64,000 nt of DNA from Mucilaginibacter sp. (GTDB taxonomy: Bacteria; Bacteroidota; Bacteroidia; Sphingobacteriales; Sphingobacteriaceae). The position numbers and the translations under genes were made by a program. Location: positions 616 through 64,615 of the forward strand of contig NZ_JANYGQ010000023.1 in assembly GCF_025359345.1 (NCBI RefSeq), read 5' to 3'. Shown here in pieces: positions 7,747 to 17,376 of this stretch (position 1 is its first letter; each line of letters opens with the position of its first letter). The notes under the pieces were generated by a model. That model did not search any database, was not told the origin of the DNA, and saw only the letters and a program-made list of their open reading frames with translations.

Positions 7747-9186
7747 CTATTTAACCAGCTTTCCCAAAATCCCAGCGCCGACCGGATCAGTAGGTTCATA
7801 AGCATTAGATAGTACTACAATTGCCACATTCTTTTCCGCATTAAAAGCCATAAAGCTGCTGCTGCCGTACGTGCCGCCGTTGTGGAAGTAATAGTTTATA
7901 CCATTAACCGGTATTATGTGCCAGCCCAGGCCTATTTTTACATCTTTTGTAAAAGTTATTTGGTGGGTTAATGCAATGGCACTGCCTAGTTTGTCGGCGC
8001 CGGGATGCATGTTTACCCGGGCATAGCGCAGTAAATCGTTTACAGTGCTTCGTAATGCGCCGCAAGGGGCAAGCACATCAAATTCCCAGGCCAGGGTTTC
8101 ACGCCCACTCGAATCATAAACAGATGCGAACCGAGGCGAAAACAGCGGGTTTAAATATTGAGCCGTACTGAGCATAACCAGCGGGTGAGTTATCAGTTCG
8201 TTTACCATCTCACCAAAAGTCTTGCCGCTCACATATTGCAATATGGCGCCCAGTAAGCCTACCCCCAGGTTTGAATACGCATACTTTTCGCCTGGTTTGG
8301 TAATTGGCCGGCAGGTTTTTAGATAGGCGTACATCATTTGTTTCGTGTAATCTTTATAGGGATTAAACGGGTTGGTCATGCTTTCCTTTAAATTGTCGGG
8401 CACACTGGGCAGCCCTGAGGTGTGGTTTATCAAATTAAGCAACGTAATACCGTTAAGCGACTGGTTTACAGCAACCGAATCGGGCAGGTATTTGGTTATC
8501 GGGTCGGTAAGCTTAACCTGGCCGTCGTTTACATAATATGCCAGCAAGGTGGCCGTAAATGTTTTGGTGATGGAGCCGATCTCGAAAAAGGTGTCACCAT
8601 CTGGTAGGCGGGCATTTCCTCTTTTTGTTTCGCCGTACTTGTAGATAGTGGTTTTGCCATCTTTCATAATGCCGATGCAAAGGCCCACGGTGTTTGCCTT
8701 TTGGATGTATTTGCGGGCAACGGTATCCACCTGCTTATCCATTGTGGTTAGCATAGGGTTGTTGGTTGGCACAAGCGCTGTTTTATCGGGTGTCGGATCG
8801 GTGTAAGGCTTAAACAGGAAGTTTTCAAGCTTGCTTTTATTATCAAGGCTGATAAATACGTTCATGGTAGCATTTGTAAAACTCACCTTGTAGGTTGCCA
8901 GGCTGTTGTTTACAAAGCTGGTTAACAAGGCGTCATTTATTTGCCCCAGCGGAAAAAGCTGTTTGGTGGCAACATCACCGAAAGCGTTTATGCTAAACTC
9001 CTTTTGAAAAGCATCACCCGCAAGGTTATAAAGGGCATCTGCATTTTTGGCGTTGAAATAAGTTTTTACCAACTTAAATACTGAGTCGACTTTTTGTTGC
9101 TGGCGGGTTTGGGCTGATGATGTAATTGCCAAAATGGAGAGTAAAAAGATTAGAAAAGCAGACCTCATATTAAATTCATTTGCCAT
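7747..9186 (-). CDS. serine hydrolase, class C beta-lactamase/penicillin-binding family, secreted
   Basis: SxxK motif FEIGSITKTFTA. Signal-peptide-like N-terminus (alternative ATG at 9168). N-terminal accessory domain. Confidence 0.85.
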   Translation of the reverse strand: MANEFNMRSAFLIFLLSILAITSSAQTRQQQKVDSVFKLVKTYFNAKNADALYNLAGDAFQKEFSINAFGDVATKQLFPLGQINDALLTSFVNNSLATYKVSFTNATMNVFISLDNKSKLENFLFKPYTDPTPDKTALVPTNNPMLTTMDKQVDTVARKYIQKANTVGLCIGIMKDGKTTIYKYGETKRGNARLPDGDTFFEIGSITKTFTATLLAYYVNDGQVKLTDPITKYLPDSVAVNQSLNGITLLNLINHTSGLPSVPDNLKESMTNPFNPYKDYTKQMMYAYLKTCRPITKPGEKYAYSNLGVGLLGAILQYVSGKTFGEMVNELITHPLVMLSTAQYLNPLFSPRFASVYDSSGRETLAWEFDVLAPCGALRSTVNDLLRYARVNMHPGADKLGSAIALTHQITFTKDVKIGLGWHIIPVNGINYYFHNGGTYGSSSFMAFNAEKNVAIVVLSNAYEPTDPVGAGILGKLVK

Positions 9187-9208
9187 TTATAACGGTCATA
9201 TTACCGCT

Positions 9209-9724
9209 TTAATGCAGCGGGTCGGTTAGGCGGATAAATTTAATCTCGTTATGCGCCCATAAAATCCTGTAAATAATAATACCTGTCGTAGCACCGGCTA
9301 AATATGTATACCCGATAAAATTAAACATGTTCGACAGGTCGGCGGCTATATAGGTGAACATATTTTTGATAACCAGCAATGCTGCTAGACTAAACAATCC
9401 ACATAGTGCAAAGCCGCAAAAGATTCCACCATCAATTAACGAGTATTTTATAATGCCTCTTTTTCTTATTTCGTCCCAGCTCTTAACAAATGCAATGTTA
9501 TTTAAGTCGTCTGGTGTAAGGCCTTTGGCTTTAAGTTTTTTTTGGAATAATAATTGGTCCTGATATCTATAATATCCCGGAACAAATCCTAAAATATTAA
9601 AAATGATGCTGATATAAACAAAGCTTTTTACTTCGACGAAAAAGTAGAGTACGAAAGGGAATATTGAGGATAATAGAAACCCTTTGACGCTAATTTTTAA
9701 GTATGTTTTAAAACCGGAATTCAC
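9209..9724 (-). CDS. hypothetical membrane protein
   Basis: Several hydrophobic helices. The track ORF (to 9859) overlaps pyrB by about 120 nt. The GTG at 9724 is the first start downstream of the pyrB stop. Confidence 0.45.
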   Translation of the reverse strand: MNSGFKTYLKISVKGFLLSSIFPFVLYFFVEVKSFVYISIIFNILGFVPGYYRYQDQLLFQKKLKAKGLTPDDLNNIAFVKSWDEIRKRGIIKYSLIDGGIFCGFALCGLFSLAALLVIKNMFTYIAADLSNMFNFIGYTYLAGATTGIIIYRILWAHNEIKFIRLTDPLH

Positions 9725-9737
9725 GGATGACGCAATT

Positions 9738-10664
9738 TTACGGCGTTTGCCCTGCCAGCAGAAACAGCACCGCCATGCGTATAGCCACGCCGTTTTCAAC
9801 CTGGTCGAGTATGATGGATTGTTTACTGTCGGCAACATCGCTGGTAATTTCAACGCCACGGTTTATGGGACCGGGGTGCATCACGATGATTTCTTTGTCC
9901 AGCGAATCTAATATCTGTTTGTTTAAGCCGTAAAGCATGGTGTATTCCCTGAGTGATGGGAAGTATTTTATATCCTGGCGTTCCAGCTGTATGCGCAGCA
10001 TATTGGCTACGTCGCACCAGTTTAAGGCTTTCAATAGGTTATGCTCAACTTTTACGCCTAACGAGCCAATGTATTTCGGTATCAGCGTGGTGGGCCCGCA
10101 AACCATTACTTCAGCGCCCAAATGTTTAAGGCACAATATGTTTGACAGCGCAACGCGCGAGTGCAAGATATCGCCCACGATAACCACCTTTTTGCCGGCT
10201 ACATCGCCCAGCTTTTCGCGAATGGAAAAGGCATCAAGCAATGCTTGGGTAGGGTGCTCATGTGCACCATCGCCGGCATTTACAATTTGTGCTTTTACAT
10301 GTTTCGACAGGAAGATACCTGCGCCGGCGTAGGGATGGCGCATTACTACCATATCTACCTTCATGGCCAGTATATTATTTACTGTATCAATCAGCGTTTC
10401 GCCTTTACTTACTGATGATGAAGATGCCGCAAAATTTACCACATCGGCAGATAATCGTTTTTCCGCCAGTTCGAACGATAAGCGTGTGCGCGTTGAGTTT
10501 TCAAAAAATATATTGGCAATAGTTACATCGCGAAGGGAAGGAACCTTTTTGATCGGCCTGTTCAAAACCGTTTTAAAGTTGTCGGCCGTTTCAAATATTA
10601 GTTGAATATCTGCCGGGTTTAAATCTTTTATCCCTAATAAATGCCTTGTGCTTAATCCTGCCAT
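9738..10664 (-). CDS. pyrB: aspartate carbamoyltransferase catalytic subunit
   Basis: Motifs FENSTRTRLSFE, HEHPTQALLD, MHPGPINRG. Confidence 0.95.
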   Translation of the reverse strand: MAGLSTRHLLGIKDLNPADIQLIFETADNFKTVLNRPIKKVPSLRDVTIANIFFENSTRTRLSFELAEKRLSADVVNFAASSSSVSKGETLIDTVNNILAMKVDMVVMRHPYAGAGIFLSKHVKAQIVNAGDGAHEHPTQALLDAFSIREKLGDVAGKKVVIVGDILHSRVALSNILCLKHLGAEVMVCGPTTLIPKYIGSLGVKVEHNLLKALNWCDVANMLRIQLERQDIKYFPSLREYTMLYGLNKQILDSLDKEIIVMHPGPINRGVEITSDVADSKQSIILDQVENGVAIRMAVLFLLAGQTP

Positions 10665-10692
10665 TTCTTTTGATTTCGGAATTATTTTAGTT

Positions 10693-10779
10693 TGTCATTG
10701 CGAGGAACGAAGCAATCTCGTCGCTGTACTTCTTCACCTTGTATAGCGACGAGGTTGCCGCGCTACGCTCGCAATGACG
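10693..10779. repeat. REP-like palindromic element, family 1, copy 2 (inverted orientation)
   Basis: TGTCATTGCGAGGAACGAAGCAATC ... GGTTGCCGCGCTACGCTCGCAATGAC. It fills the pyrR-pyrB spacer. Confidence 0.85.
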
Positions 10780-10792
10780 AGTCTTTTATAAT

Positions 10793-11335
10793 TTACTTAG
10801 CCTCTGATAATAAAACTATTCTATCTTCCCCATCCGTCTCTATCCAACTCACTACTACTTTCTGTGATGCGATTGAATCCACCTCAATTCCCACATAATC
10901 AGCTTCCACCGGTATATGCCTTGAATATCTTCTGTCAACCAGCGCCAGCAACTCAATTTTTTCCGGGCGACCAAATGCCTGCAGGGCATCCATGGCGGCG
11001 CGGATGGTGCGGCCTGTCCACAGTACATCGTCCATCATGATCACCTTTTTATTCTCAATGATAAAATCGATTTTGGTTTGATTGGGCACCAGTTGGTCGC
11101 GGCGGCGAAAATCGTCGCGGTAAAAGGTGATGTCTAAATCGCCCTGTAATATGGTTTTGCCCGGTAATATCTTGCGAAGTTCTTCAGCTATACGCTTGGC
11201 TAAATAAATGCCGCGCGGTTGTATACCAATAAGTACCGATTCAGAAAAATCGTTATGATTTTCTATTAACTGACGACATAAACGCTGTAGTGTTATTTGA
11301 AATTTCTGACCGTCGAGCAGTGTTAGATTTTGCAT
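10793..11335 (-). CDS. pyrR: bifunctional pyr operon regulator / uracil phosphoribosyltransferase PyrR
   Basis: PRPP-binding motif VIMMDDVLWTGRT. PyrR-like N-terminus MQNLTLLDGQKFQITLQRLCRQL. ATG 11335 preferred over ATG 11356. Confidence 0.9.
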   Translation of the reverse strand: MQNLTLLDGQKFQITLQRLCRQLIENHNDFSESVLIGIQPRGIYLAKRIAEELRKILPGKTILQGDLDITFYRDDFRRRDQLVPNQTKIDFIIENKKVIMMDDVLWTGRTIRAAMDALQAFGRPEKIELLALVDRRYSRHIPVEADYVGIEVDSIASQKVVVSWIETDGEDRIVLLSEAK

Positions 11336-11662
11336 CGTATGGGTGGATTTGGGCAAAGGTAATTATTTTTGGTGATTAGTTAATTGGAGATTAGAGATTA
11401 GTTGGGGCTTGGGGATTAGAGATTAGATACCAGAGGTTAGTTAATCGGAAATTAAAGGAACTTATAAACGAAAATAAATGTAGCGTCTTTCGGACTTTCC
11501 CGACTTTCGGACTCCCCAAAAATCTCACCCGGAAAGGGTGATTAGTTTTTAATTACTAAAGTTTATACTTGTATAAATTTTGCACGCATTTGGTTGGCGG
11601 GCAAAATGTTTAATTTGTACCTTAACTGAATTTAAACAGAACAAATAACTGACTTATTATTT

Positions 11663-13285
11663 ATGAATTTTTTTAACAAAAGCCTGCTGGTTGCTGCTTT
11701 GGCCTGCTGCACCACTGCACAGGTATTTTCGCAGGGCAGCGAGGCCCAAAACCTGCCGACAGATTATTTAACCCCCGCGTTTCATGCCGGGCGCAGGCAG
11801 GCCCTGCGGGATATGATGCCCGGTAATTCTGTAGCCGTAATTTTTGCTTACCCTGAGCGGGTTTTTTCGAAAGATGTAAATTATGTTTATCATCAAAATC
11901 CAGACTTATACTACTTTTCGGGATATAAAGAGCCTGATGCCGTTCTATTGGTATTTAAAGACACGCAAGCCGATGGCGACAGCAGCTATAACGAGTTGTT
12001 TTTCGTTCGCCACCGCGACCCGCAGCAGGAGCAGTGGACCGGGCGCCGGCTGGGTGTTGCCGGTGCAAAAGCCAAACTCGGGTTTAAAAGAGTTTACAAC
12101 AGCGAGCAGTTCTCAAAATTCCCGATAGATTTTAAGAAATTTAATACGGTTTTGTATGATGATCTGCCCGATGACGTGGGTGGCGGCGGTGCGGGAAGTC
12201 TGAAAGAATTGTTGGGTGCCTTTAAAGAAAAAGCTGACATCAAAACTTCAGACAAAGCCCTGACCAACGATTTAAATGTGATAGGTAAATACGCTACACC
12301 TAAGAACCTTGACCGGATTATGGCCTTCCTGAAACCACGCCTCGACCGGGAAGCATACAAAAACAGCCCGATCATTCAGGAACTGGTGGCAAAACCTGAT
12401 TCTGCAACGCTGGCTGATGTAAAATCAAAAATTAGCGCCAGTCCTTCGGGTCTCTCGCTTTATGAAAAGTTTACTACCGATTTGCGGGGAGTTAAAACAT
12501 CCGAAGAATTGGATTTAATGCGCAAAACGGTGAAAATATCCAGCATTGCCCATGCAGAGGCCATGCGCGCTGTGAAACCACAAATGAGCGAGCAGGAACT
12601 GGAAGGCATTATGTTGTATGTACACAAACACTATGGCGCCGAAGATGAAGGTTATCCGCCAATTGTTGGCGCAGGTGCCAACGGCTGTATACTGCACTAT
12701 GAAGAAAATACTGCTACCAAAGTAGATAACCAGTTGGTACTGATGGATGTTGGTGCAGAATACCACGGCTACAGCGCCGACGTTACCCGCACGTTCCCAT
12801 CTAACGGTAAATTTACCGAAGAGCAGAAAGCGATATACCAGATAGTTTATGATGCCCAGGAAGAAGTATTTAAACTTTGTAAAGATGGTGTGCCATACGG
12901 CGATTTGGAAACCAAAACCCGCGAGGTGCTTTCATCGCGATTGATACAACTTGGTATTATTAAGGATGCCAAAGAAGTGGGTAAATATTACCCGCACGGC
13001 GTATCGCACCATTTAGGTTTGGATGTGCATGATAAAGGGGAATATGGCGGCGGTTTAAAAGCAGGCATGGTGATCACTGTTGAGCCCGGCATTTATATCC
13101 CTGCCGGCAGCCCTTGCGATAAAAAATGGTGGAACATCGGCGTGAGGATTGAAGATGACGTGCTGATAGGTAAAACCGAAGGCACGCTATTATCAATAGA
13201 TGCTCCCCGTAAATGGCAGGATGTTGAGAAGACCGTTGCCGAAAAAAGCATTTTTGACGGCGGGAAATTACCGGATTTGAAATAG
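11663..13285 (+). CDS. Xaa-Pro aminopeptidase (M24B family) with signal peptide
   Basis: M24 metal-ligand motifs DVGAEYHGYSADVTRT, HGVSHHLGLDVHD, VEPGIY, IRIEDDV. Aminopeptidase-P N-terminal domain. Confidence 0.88.
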   Translation: MNFFNKSLLVAALACCTTAQVFSQGSEAQNLPTDYLTPAFHAGRRQALRDMMPGNSVAVIFAYPERVFSKDVNYVYHQNPDLYYFSGYKEPDAVLLVFKDTQADGDSSYNELFFVRHRDPQQEQWTGRRLGVAGAKAKLGFKRVYNSEQFSKFPIDFKKFNTVLYDDLPDDVGGGGAGSLKELLGAFKEKADIKTSDKALTNDLNVIGKYATPKNLDRIMAFLKPRLDREAYKNSPIIQELVAKPDSATLADVKSKISASPSGLSLYEKFTTDLRGVKTSEELDLMRKTVKISSIAHAEAMRAVKPQMSEQELEGIMLYVHKHYGAEDEGYPPIVGAGANGCILHYEENTATKVDNQLVLMDVGAEYHGYSADVTRTFPSNGKFTEEQKAIYQIVYDAQEEVFKLCKDGVPYGDLETKTREVLSSRLIQLGIIKDAKEVGKYYPHGVSHHLGLDVHDKGEYGGGLKAGMVITVEPGIYIPAGSPCDKKWWNIGVRIEDDVLIGKTEGTLLSIDAPRKWQDVEKTVAEKSIFDGGKLPDLK

Positions 13286-13309
13286 ATTAACCGTGTTTTC
13301 AACCATATC

Positions 13310-13462
13310 GTCATTGCGAGGAACGATCCGCCAGCTGGCGGACTGCGCTTGCTAATCACGAACCGCTATACAAATGGTGACCTGAATGCCGCATTTAGGT
13401 CATCACAAATTATAAGGTTCTTGAATGTCCTATGTAGAGGTTGCTTCGTTCCTCGCAATGAC
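13310..13462. repeat. REP-like palindromic element, family 1, copy 3 (long variant)
   Basis: GTCATTGCGAGGAACGATC ... GGTTGCTTCGTTCCTCGCAATGAC with a ~110-nt centre that holds its own hairpin (CCGCCAGCTGGCGG). Confidence 0.8.
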
Positions 13463-13478
13463 GTAATTTAATAAGTTG

Positions 13479-13871
13479 TCAATTTGATAGCTTTTGTAAT
13501 GCCATCATCGCCTTCTCTGCATCCCCTTTAGCCACAAAAATATGGTCGTGATAATAGGCAGCTACCACATTGCAGCTAATACCTTCGTTACCAAGCGCCG
13601 TTGCGAAAGCTGCTGTCAGTCCTACCGCTTCCAATGATGAATGGATGGTTAAGGTAATCCAGGCGGCGACATAGGTATAATTTAAACCCAGTTTATCCGC
13701 CAATTGCTTATCAAGTATAATAGTCCAGCCCTCTTCTTCTTTAAAAAGACCAATTATTTCCTTTGGGTCGAAATTATTTAAGGCGCTTACCGTGCAATAC
13801 ACATAGTCGCCCTCGTTAAGTTTGGGGCTCATAGTTTTTAGCAGGGCCTGAAGATTGGTTTCGCCACTCAT
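13479..13871 (-). CDS. ACT domain-containing protein
   Basis: 130 aa, resembles the small ACT_7-type family (MSGETNLQALLKTMSPKLNEGDYVYCTV...). Confidence 0.65.
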   Translation of the reverse strand: MSGETNLQALLKTMSPKLNEGDYVYCTVSALNNFDPKEIIGLFKEEEGWTIILDKQLADKLGLNYTYVAAWITLTIHSSLEAVGLTAAFATALGNEGISCNVVAAYYHDHIFVAKGDAEKAMMALQKLSN

Positions 13872-14170
13872 GCGTTTTCAATTACTAATACCGGTAATGC
13901 TATCAAAATTATTACAGTCACGCCCAGCAAAGCCAGCAGCACAATTCGCCACAGTTTTGCATATAACGAATAGTTATGTTTTGGTGTCCTGAAATAGCCA
14001 ATATAACTTCCCAGGCTAACCAAAGCGCAAATAACAAGCAAAGCGATTACCAACGGGTAGGGCATTACAAAATCACTGAAATTGAAATAAAGTAAGGCTA
14101 TTGAAATGATAAGGCAAATGACAATAAGCAGTATGTAAACAAAGGGATTTAAAGGCTTGCGGGTGCTCAT
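13868..14170 (-). CDS. hypothetical membrane protein (100 aa)
   Basis: Three hydrophobic helices. 4-nt ATGA overlap with the downstream ACT gene suggests translational coupling. Confidence 0.5.
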   Translation of the reverse strand: MSTRKPLNPFVYILLIVICLIISIALLYFNFSDFVMPYPLVIALLVICALVSLGSYIGYFRTPKHNYSLYAKLWRIVLLALLGVTVIILIALPVLVIENA

Positions 14171-14220
14171 AAGAGCAAATATAATTAATGGATAAGATGA
14201 TATCTGTAAAATTTAGCAAC

Positions 14221-14250
14221 AAAAAAGCCCCCGGCATTGCTACCAGGGGC
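14221..14250 (-). terminator. rho-independent terminator of rpsA
   Basis: Minus strand reads GCCCCTGG tagcaatg CCGGGGGC followed by TTTTTT, 26 nt after the rpsA stop. Confidence 0.75.
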
Positions 14251-14275
14251 TTATAAGGATTTAATTTATTTAAAC

Positions 14276-16252
14276 TTATTCAGCAGCTTCTTCTTCCGAA
14301 GCTTTTTTGGCTGTTGTTGTAGCTTTGCGTGCTTTGTTTTCAGCACCTTCCATTTGCTCTTTCAACTGTGCCAATACGCTCAGGTCGCCTAAAGTTGATT
14401 TCTCAACCGACTCTTTCACTTTTTTCACAGCGTTGCTTGCAGATTTTGCTTCCTTTTTACGGGTTTCAAATTCCTGAACACGTTGCTCGGCACGGGCTTC
14501 TTCCCAAATGCGTGAGTGAGAGATAACGATGCGTTTGTTTTCTTTGTTAAATTCAATGATTTTGAACTCAGCAGCTTCTTCAGCCTTTAAGCTCTTGCCA
14601 TCTTCTTTAACCAGGTGTTTGGTAGGGCAGAAGCCTTCAACACCGTAAGGTAAAGCAACAATTGCACCTTTATCGGTTACTTTTAATACAGTACCTTCAT
14701 GTATCGAGTCGATGGTGAAGATGGTTTCAAAAGTATCCCAAGGGTTTTCTTCAAGCTGTTTGTGGCCAAGGCTTAATTTGCGGTTGTCAACATCAAGCTC
14801 AAGTACAATCACGTCTAATTTTTCACCAACTTTAGTGAATTCGTTAGGGTGATTAACTTTCTTAGACCATGAAAGGTCGCTGATGTGGATCAATCCGTCA
14901 ATTCCGTCTTCAAGCTCAACAAACACACCAAAGTTGGTCATGTTTTTAACAGTAGCGATGTGCTGAGTGCCAATGGCGTATTTCTCAGCAGCGTGCTGCC
15001 ATGGATCAGGCGTTAATTGCTTAATGCCCAAGCTCATTTTGCGCTCGTCGCGGTCAAGTGTTAATACCTGTGCTTCAACTTCGTCACCAACTTTCAGGAA
15101 TTCCTGAGGGTTACGTAAGTTTTGCGACCACGACATTTCTGATACGTGGATAAGGCCTTCAACACCCGGGATGATTTCAAGGAATGCGCCATAATCGGCA
15201 ACGGTAACAATTTTACCTTTAACCTTCGAGCCAATCTGGATGCCTTCATCAAGCGACTGCCAAGGGTGTGGGGTAAGTTGTTTTAAACCAAGAGCGATAC
15301 GTTTTTTCTCATCATCAAAATCAAGCACAACAACGTTGATTTTTTGATCTAATGCTAAGATTTCGCGCGGGTGCTCTATGCGGCCCCATGAAATATCTGT
15401 AATGTGTAATAAACCGTCTACGCCGCCAAGGTCAATAAATACACCAAAGTCGGTAATGTTTTTAACGGTTCCTTCCAATACCTGGCCTTTTTCAAGTTTG
15501 GCCACAATTTCGGTTTTTTGGTTTTCCAAATCGTCTTCAATCAGCACTTTGTGCGATACCACTACGTTTTTAAACTCGTGGTTGATCTTAACAACTTTGA
15601 ACTCCATGGTTTTGCCCACATAAACGTCATAATCCCTGATAGGTTTAATGTCGATTTGTGAACCTGGTAAAAAGGCTTCAACGCCCATAATATCTACAAT
15701 CAAACCACCCTTAGTTCTGCTCTTAACAAAACCAGTGATGATTTCATCATTGTCTAATGCAGAATTAATACGCTCCCATGATTTTTGAGTTTTAGCACGT
15801 TTGCGCGAAAGCACTAACTGACCGTTAGCATCTTCCTGCGACTCAACAAATACTTCAACTGTGTCACCGATTTTCAAATCAGGTGTATCACGGAATTCAG
15901 ACACTGATACCAAACCGTCAGATTTAAAGCCAACGTTTAATACAACATCTTTGCTGTTAACATTTACAACTGTACCGGTGATGATTTCGCCTTTGGTGAT
16001 AGAGCTGAAAGTTCCATCATACATTTTCTCGAATTTCTCACGGTCGCTGTCGCTGTAATTGCCAAATTTTTTCTCATCAGCATCCCAATCGAAATCTTCG
16101 TTTGCTGCTGTGATTTTTGATTTGATCTCTTCGATCGAAATTGAATCAGCCTCTGACTCAATTGTTTCTTTTTCCTGAGGAGTTGCTCCAACTACTTCGA
16201 GTTCAGCCTCCTTAGCTTTTAATTCTTTTTCTGCTTCCTGTTTTTTTGCCAT
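14276..16252 (-). CDS. rpsA: 30S ribosomal protein S1
   Basis: Six S1 repeats (G.V..IT.FG.F..L..G..GL.H.S pattern). Acidic N-terminal extension. ATG 16252 preferred over TTG 16297. Confidence 0.95.
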   Translation of the reverse strand: MAKKQEAEKELKAKEAELEVVGATPQEKETIESEADSISIEEIKSKITAANEDFDWDADEKKFGNYSDSDREKFEKMYDGTFSSITKGEIITGTVVNVNSKDVVLNVGFKSDGLVSVSEFRDTPDLKIGDTVEVFVESQEDANGQLVLSRKRAKTQKSWERINSALDNDEIITGFVKSRTKGGLIVDIMGVEAFLPGSQIDIKPIRDYDVYVGKTMEFKVVKINHEFKNVVVSHKVLIEDDLENQKTEIVAKLEKGQVLEGTVKNITDFGVFIDLGGVDGLLHITDISWGRIEHPREILALDQKINVVVLDFDDEKKRIALGLKQLTPHPWQSLDEGIQIGSKVKGKIVTVADYGAFLEIIPGVEGLIHVSEMSWSQNLRNPQEFLKVGDEVEAQVLTLDRDERKMSLGIKQLTPDPWQHAAEKYAIGTQHIATVKNMTNFGVFVELEDGIDGLIHISDLSWSKKVNHPNEFTKVGEKLDVIVLELDVDNRKLSLGHKQLEENPWDTFETIFTIDSIHEGTVLKVTDKGAIVALPYGVEGFCPTKHLVKEDGKSLKAEEAAEFKIIEFNKENKRIVISHSRIWEEARAEQRVQEFETRKKEAKSASNAVKKVKESVEKSTLGDLSVLAQLKEQMEGAENKARKATTTAKKASEEEAAE

Positions 16253-16432
16253 TAAATAAATTTTCTCCTTTTCCCAATTTCTTAATTGGGACTGCAAAGG
16301 TAGGTATATTAATTTTATTTAGAAAAGAATATTTTAATGTTAAATGCTGATTTTAAGGCTATTTTATGCAGAAAGCAGTGGTTTTTAGCTGGTTTCTAAG
16401 ACTGCAGACCAGGTAAAGTCTATTGCCGGCAC

Positions 16433-17104
16433 TTAATTAGCGGCCAACTTCCCGTCTATCTCATCAAAAACCGACATGAAATTGCCTAGTAAATCCAGGC
16501 GATAGGTTGTTAAAATCGCATTTATGGCATTTTCATGATCCGGCGTAAAAGGGTCGCGCCAAACGCGCATGCAAATCCTTTTTAAGGCATACGCTATCTG
16601 TTGCGTTTCGGCATAGCTGTATAAATACCGGCTTGATTTAAAGCCTTCGAAGAATTTAAAGAACACGGCCGTGTTTTTAAGTCCGGCAAAAGTTAAAAAA
16701 TCATCAACAACTGCTACATCGCATCCATTTAGATGATCGTAAAATACATCGGCAGTCACTTTTCCTGTAGTTAGCAGTAGGTTATCTAAAATAAGCTCGA
16801 TGGCAATATGGCCCAAAAAGAACGGTTTCACCGGTGAGCCCTCGATAACGGGCCGAAGTAATAACTTTAGTTTGTGCGAGTGTTCAAGAAAGAATCCGGA
16901 AGAATGGAAATGGCGGTCAACTTCCAAGTGTTTGTTCCATCCGTTTATAATGGAGTTTACAGATGGGTTGGTACTTTGTAATTTTTCGGGGTGAAGAACG
17001 ATTGTTTTATCAGCATTTTTCAAAAGATCGGGCAATACGGTACCAAGTATATGGTAACAATCATCAACTTCCCGGTCGAAATAAAAGTGCGATAAAAAAT
17101 TCAT
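16433..17104 (-). CDS. acyl carrier protein phosphodiesterase (AcpH)-like protein
   Basis: The N-terminus MNFLSHFYFD resembles the AcpH family MNFLAHLHL start. Assignment from memory only. Confidence 0.45.
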   Translation of the reverse strand: MNFLSHFYFDREVDDCYHILGTVLPDLLKNADKTIVLHPEKLQSTNPSVNSIINGWNKHLEVDRHFHSSGFFLEHSHKLKLLLRPVIEGSPVKPFFLGHIAIELILDNLLLTTGKVTADVFYDHLNGCDVAVVDDFLTFAGLKNTAVFFKFFEGFKSSRYLYSYAETQQIAYALKRICMRVWRDPFTPDHENAINAILTTYRLDLLGNFMSVFDEIDGKLAAN

Positions 17105-17152
17105 AGTGGTCCTCGTCAAAAGTCCTGTACAATCCCAAAATAGTTAAATATT

Positions 17153-17324
17153 ATGATTCCACCGATTATTATTTGATTTCGCCGATTATTTGATTTTATG
17201 ATTACAGAGATTTAATGGTAAGGGAAATTTAAATTTGGAGCGAAGCTATCGGGGTAATTATCATCCAAACGGCGAAATCCAAAACAAATAATCGGTGTAA
17301 TCATTCCCCAATCGGTGTAATCAT
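17153..17324. repeat. low-complexity inverted repeat (ATGATT(A/C)CACCGATT words)
   Basis: Left arm ATGATTCCACCGATTATTATTTGATTTCGCC... Right arm GGCGAAATCCAAAACAAATAATCGGTGTAATCAT, plus a tandem copy AATCGGTGTAATCAT. Confidence 0.6.
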
Positions 17325-17331
17325 AAATAAT

Positions 17332-17339
17332 TATATTTG
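17332..17339 (+). promoter_or_regulatory. candidate -7 box (TATATTTG) for tyrS
   Basis: Matches TAnnTTTG, 38 nt upstream of ATG 17377. Confidence 0.35.
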
Positions 17340-17376
17340 CCGTCCCGAAAGCTATCGGGATTGAATTGAACACGAA

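Noticed and set aside
9725-9859. N-terminal 45 codons of track ORF 9209-9859, overlapping the pyrB 3' end.
   Set aside because: A 120-nt overlap with a conserved gene is implausible. The GTG at 9724 gives a non-overlapping start, and the extension translates to an unlikely Cys/Trp/Arg-rich peptide.
10692-10898. ORFs reading through REP-like elements (10692-10898 '...SLRGTKQSRR...' and 13093-13359).
   Set aside because: The reading frames are created by the palindromic repeats themselves and overlap real genes on the other strand. This is a classic false gene call on REP-type elements.
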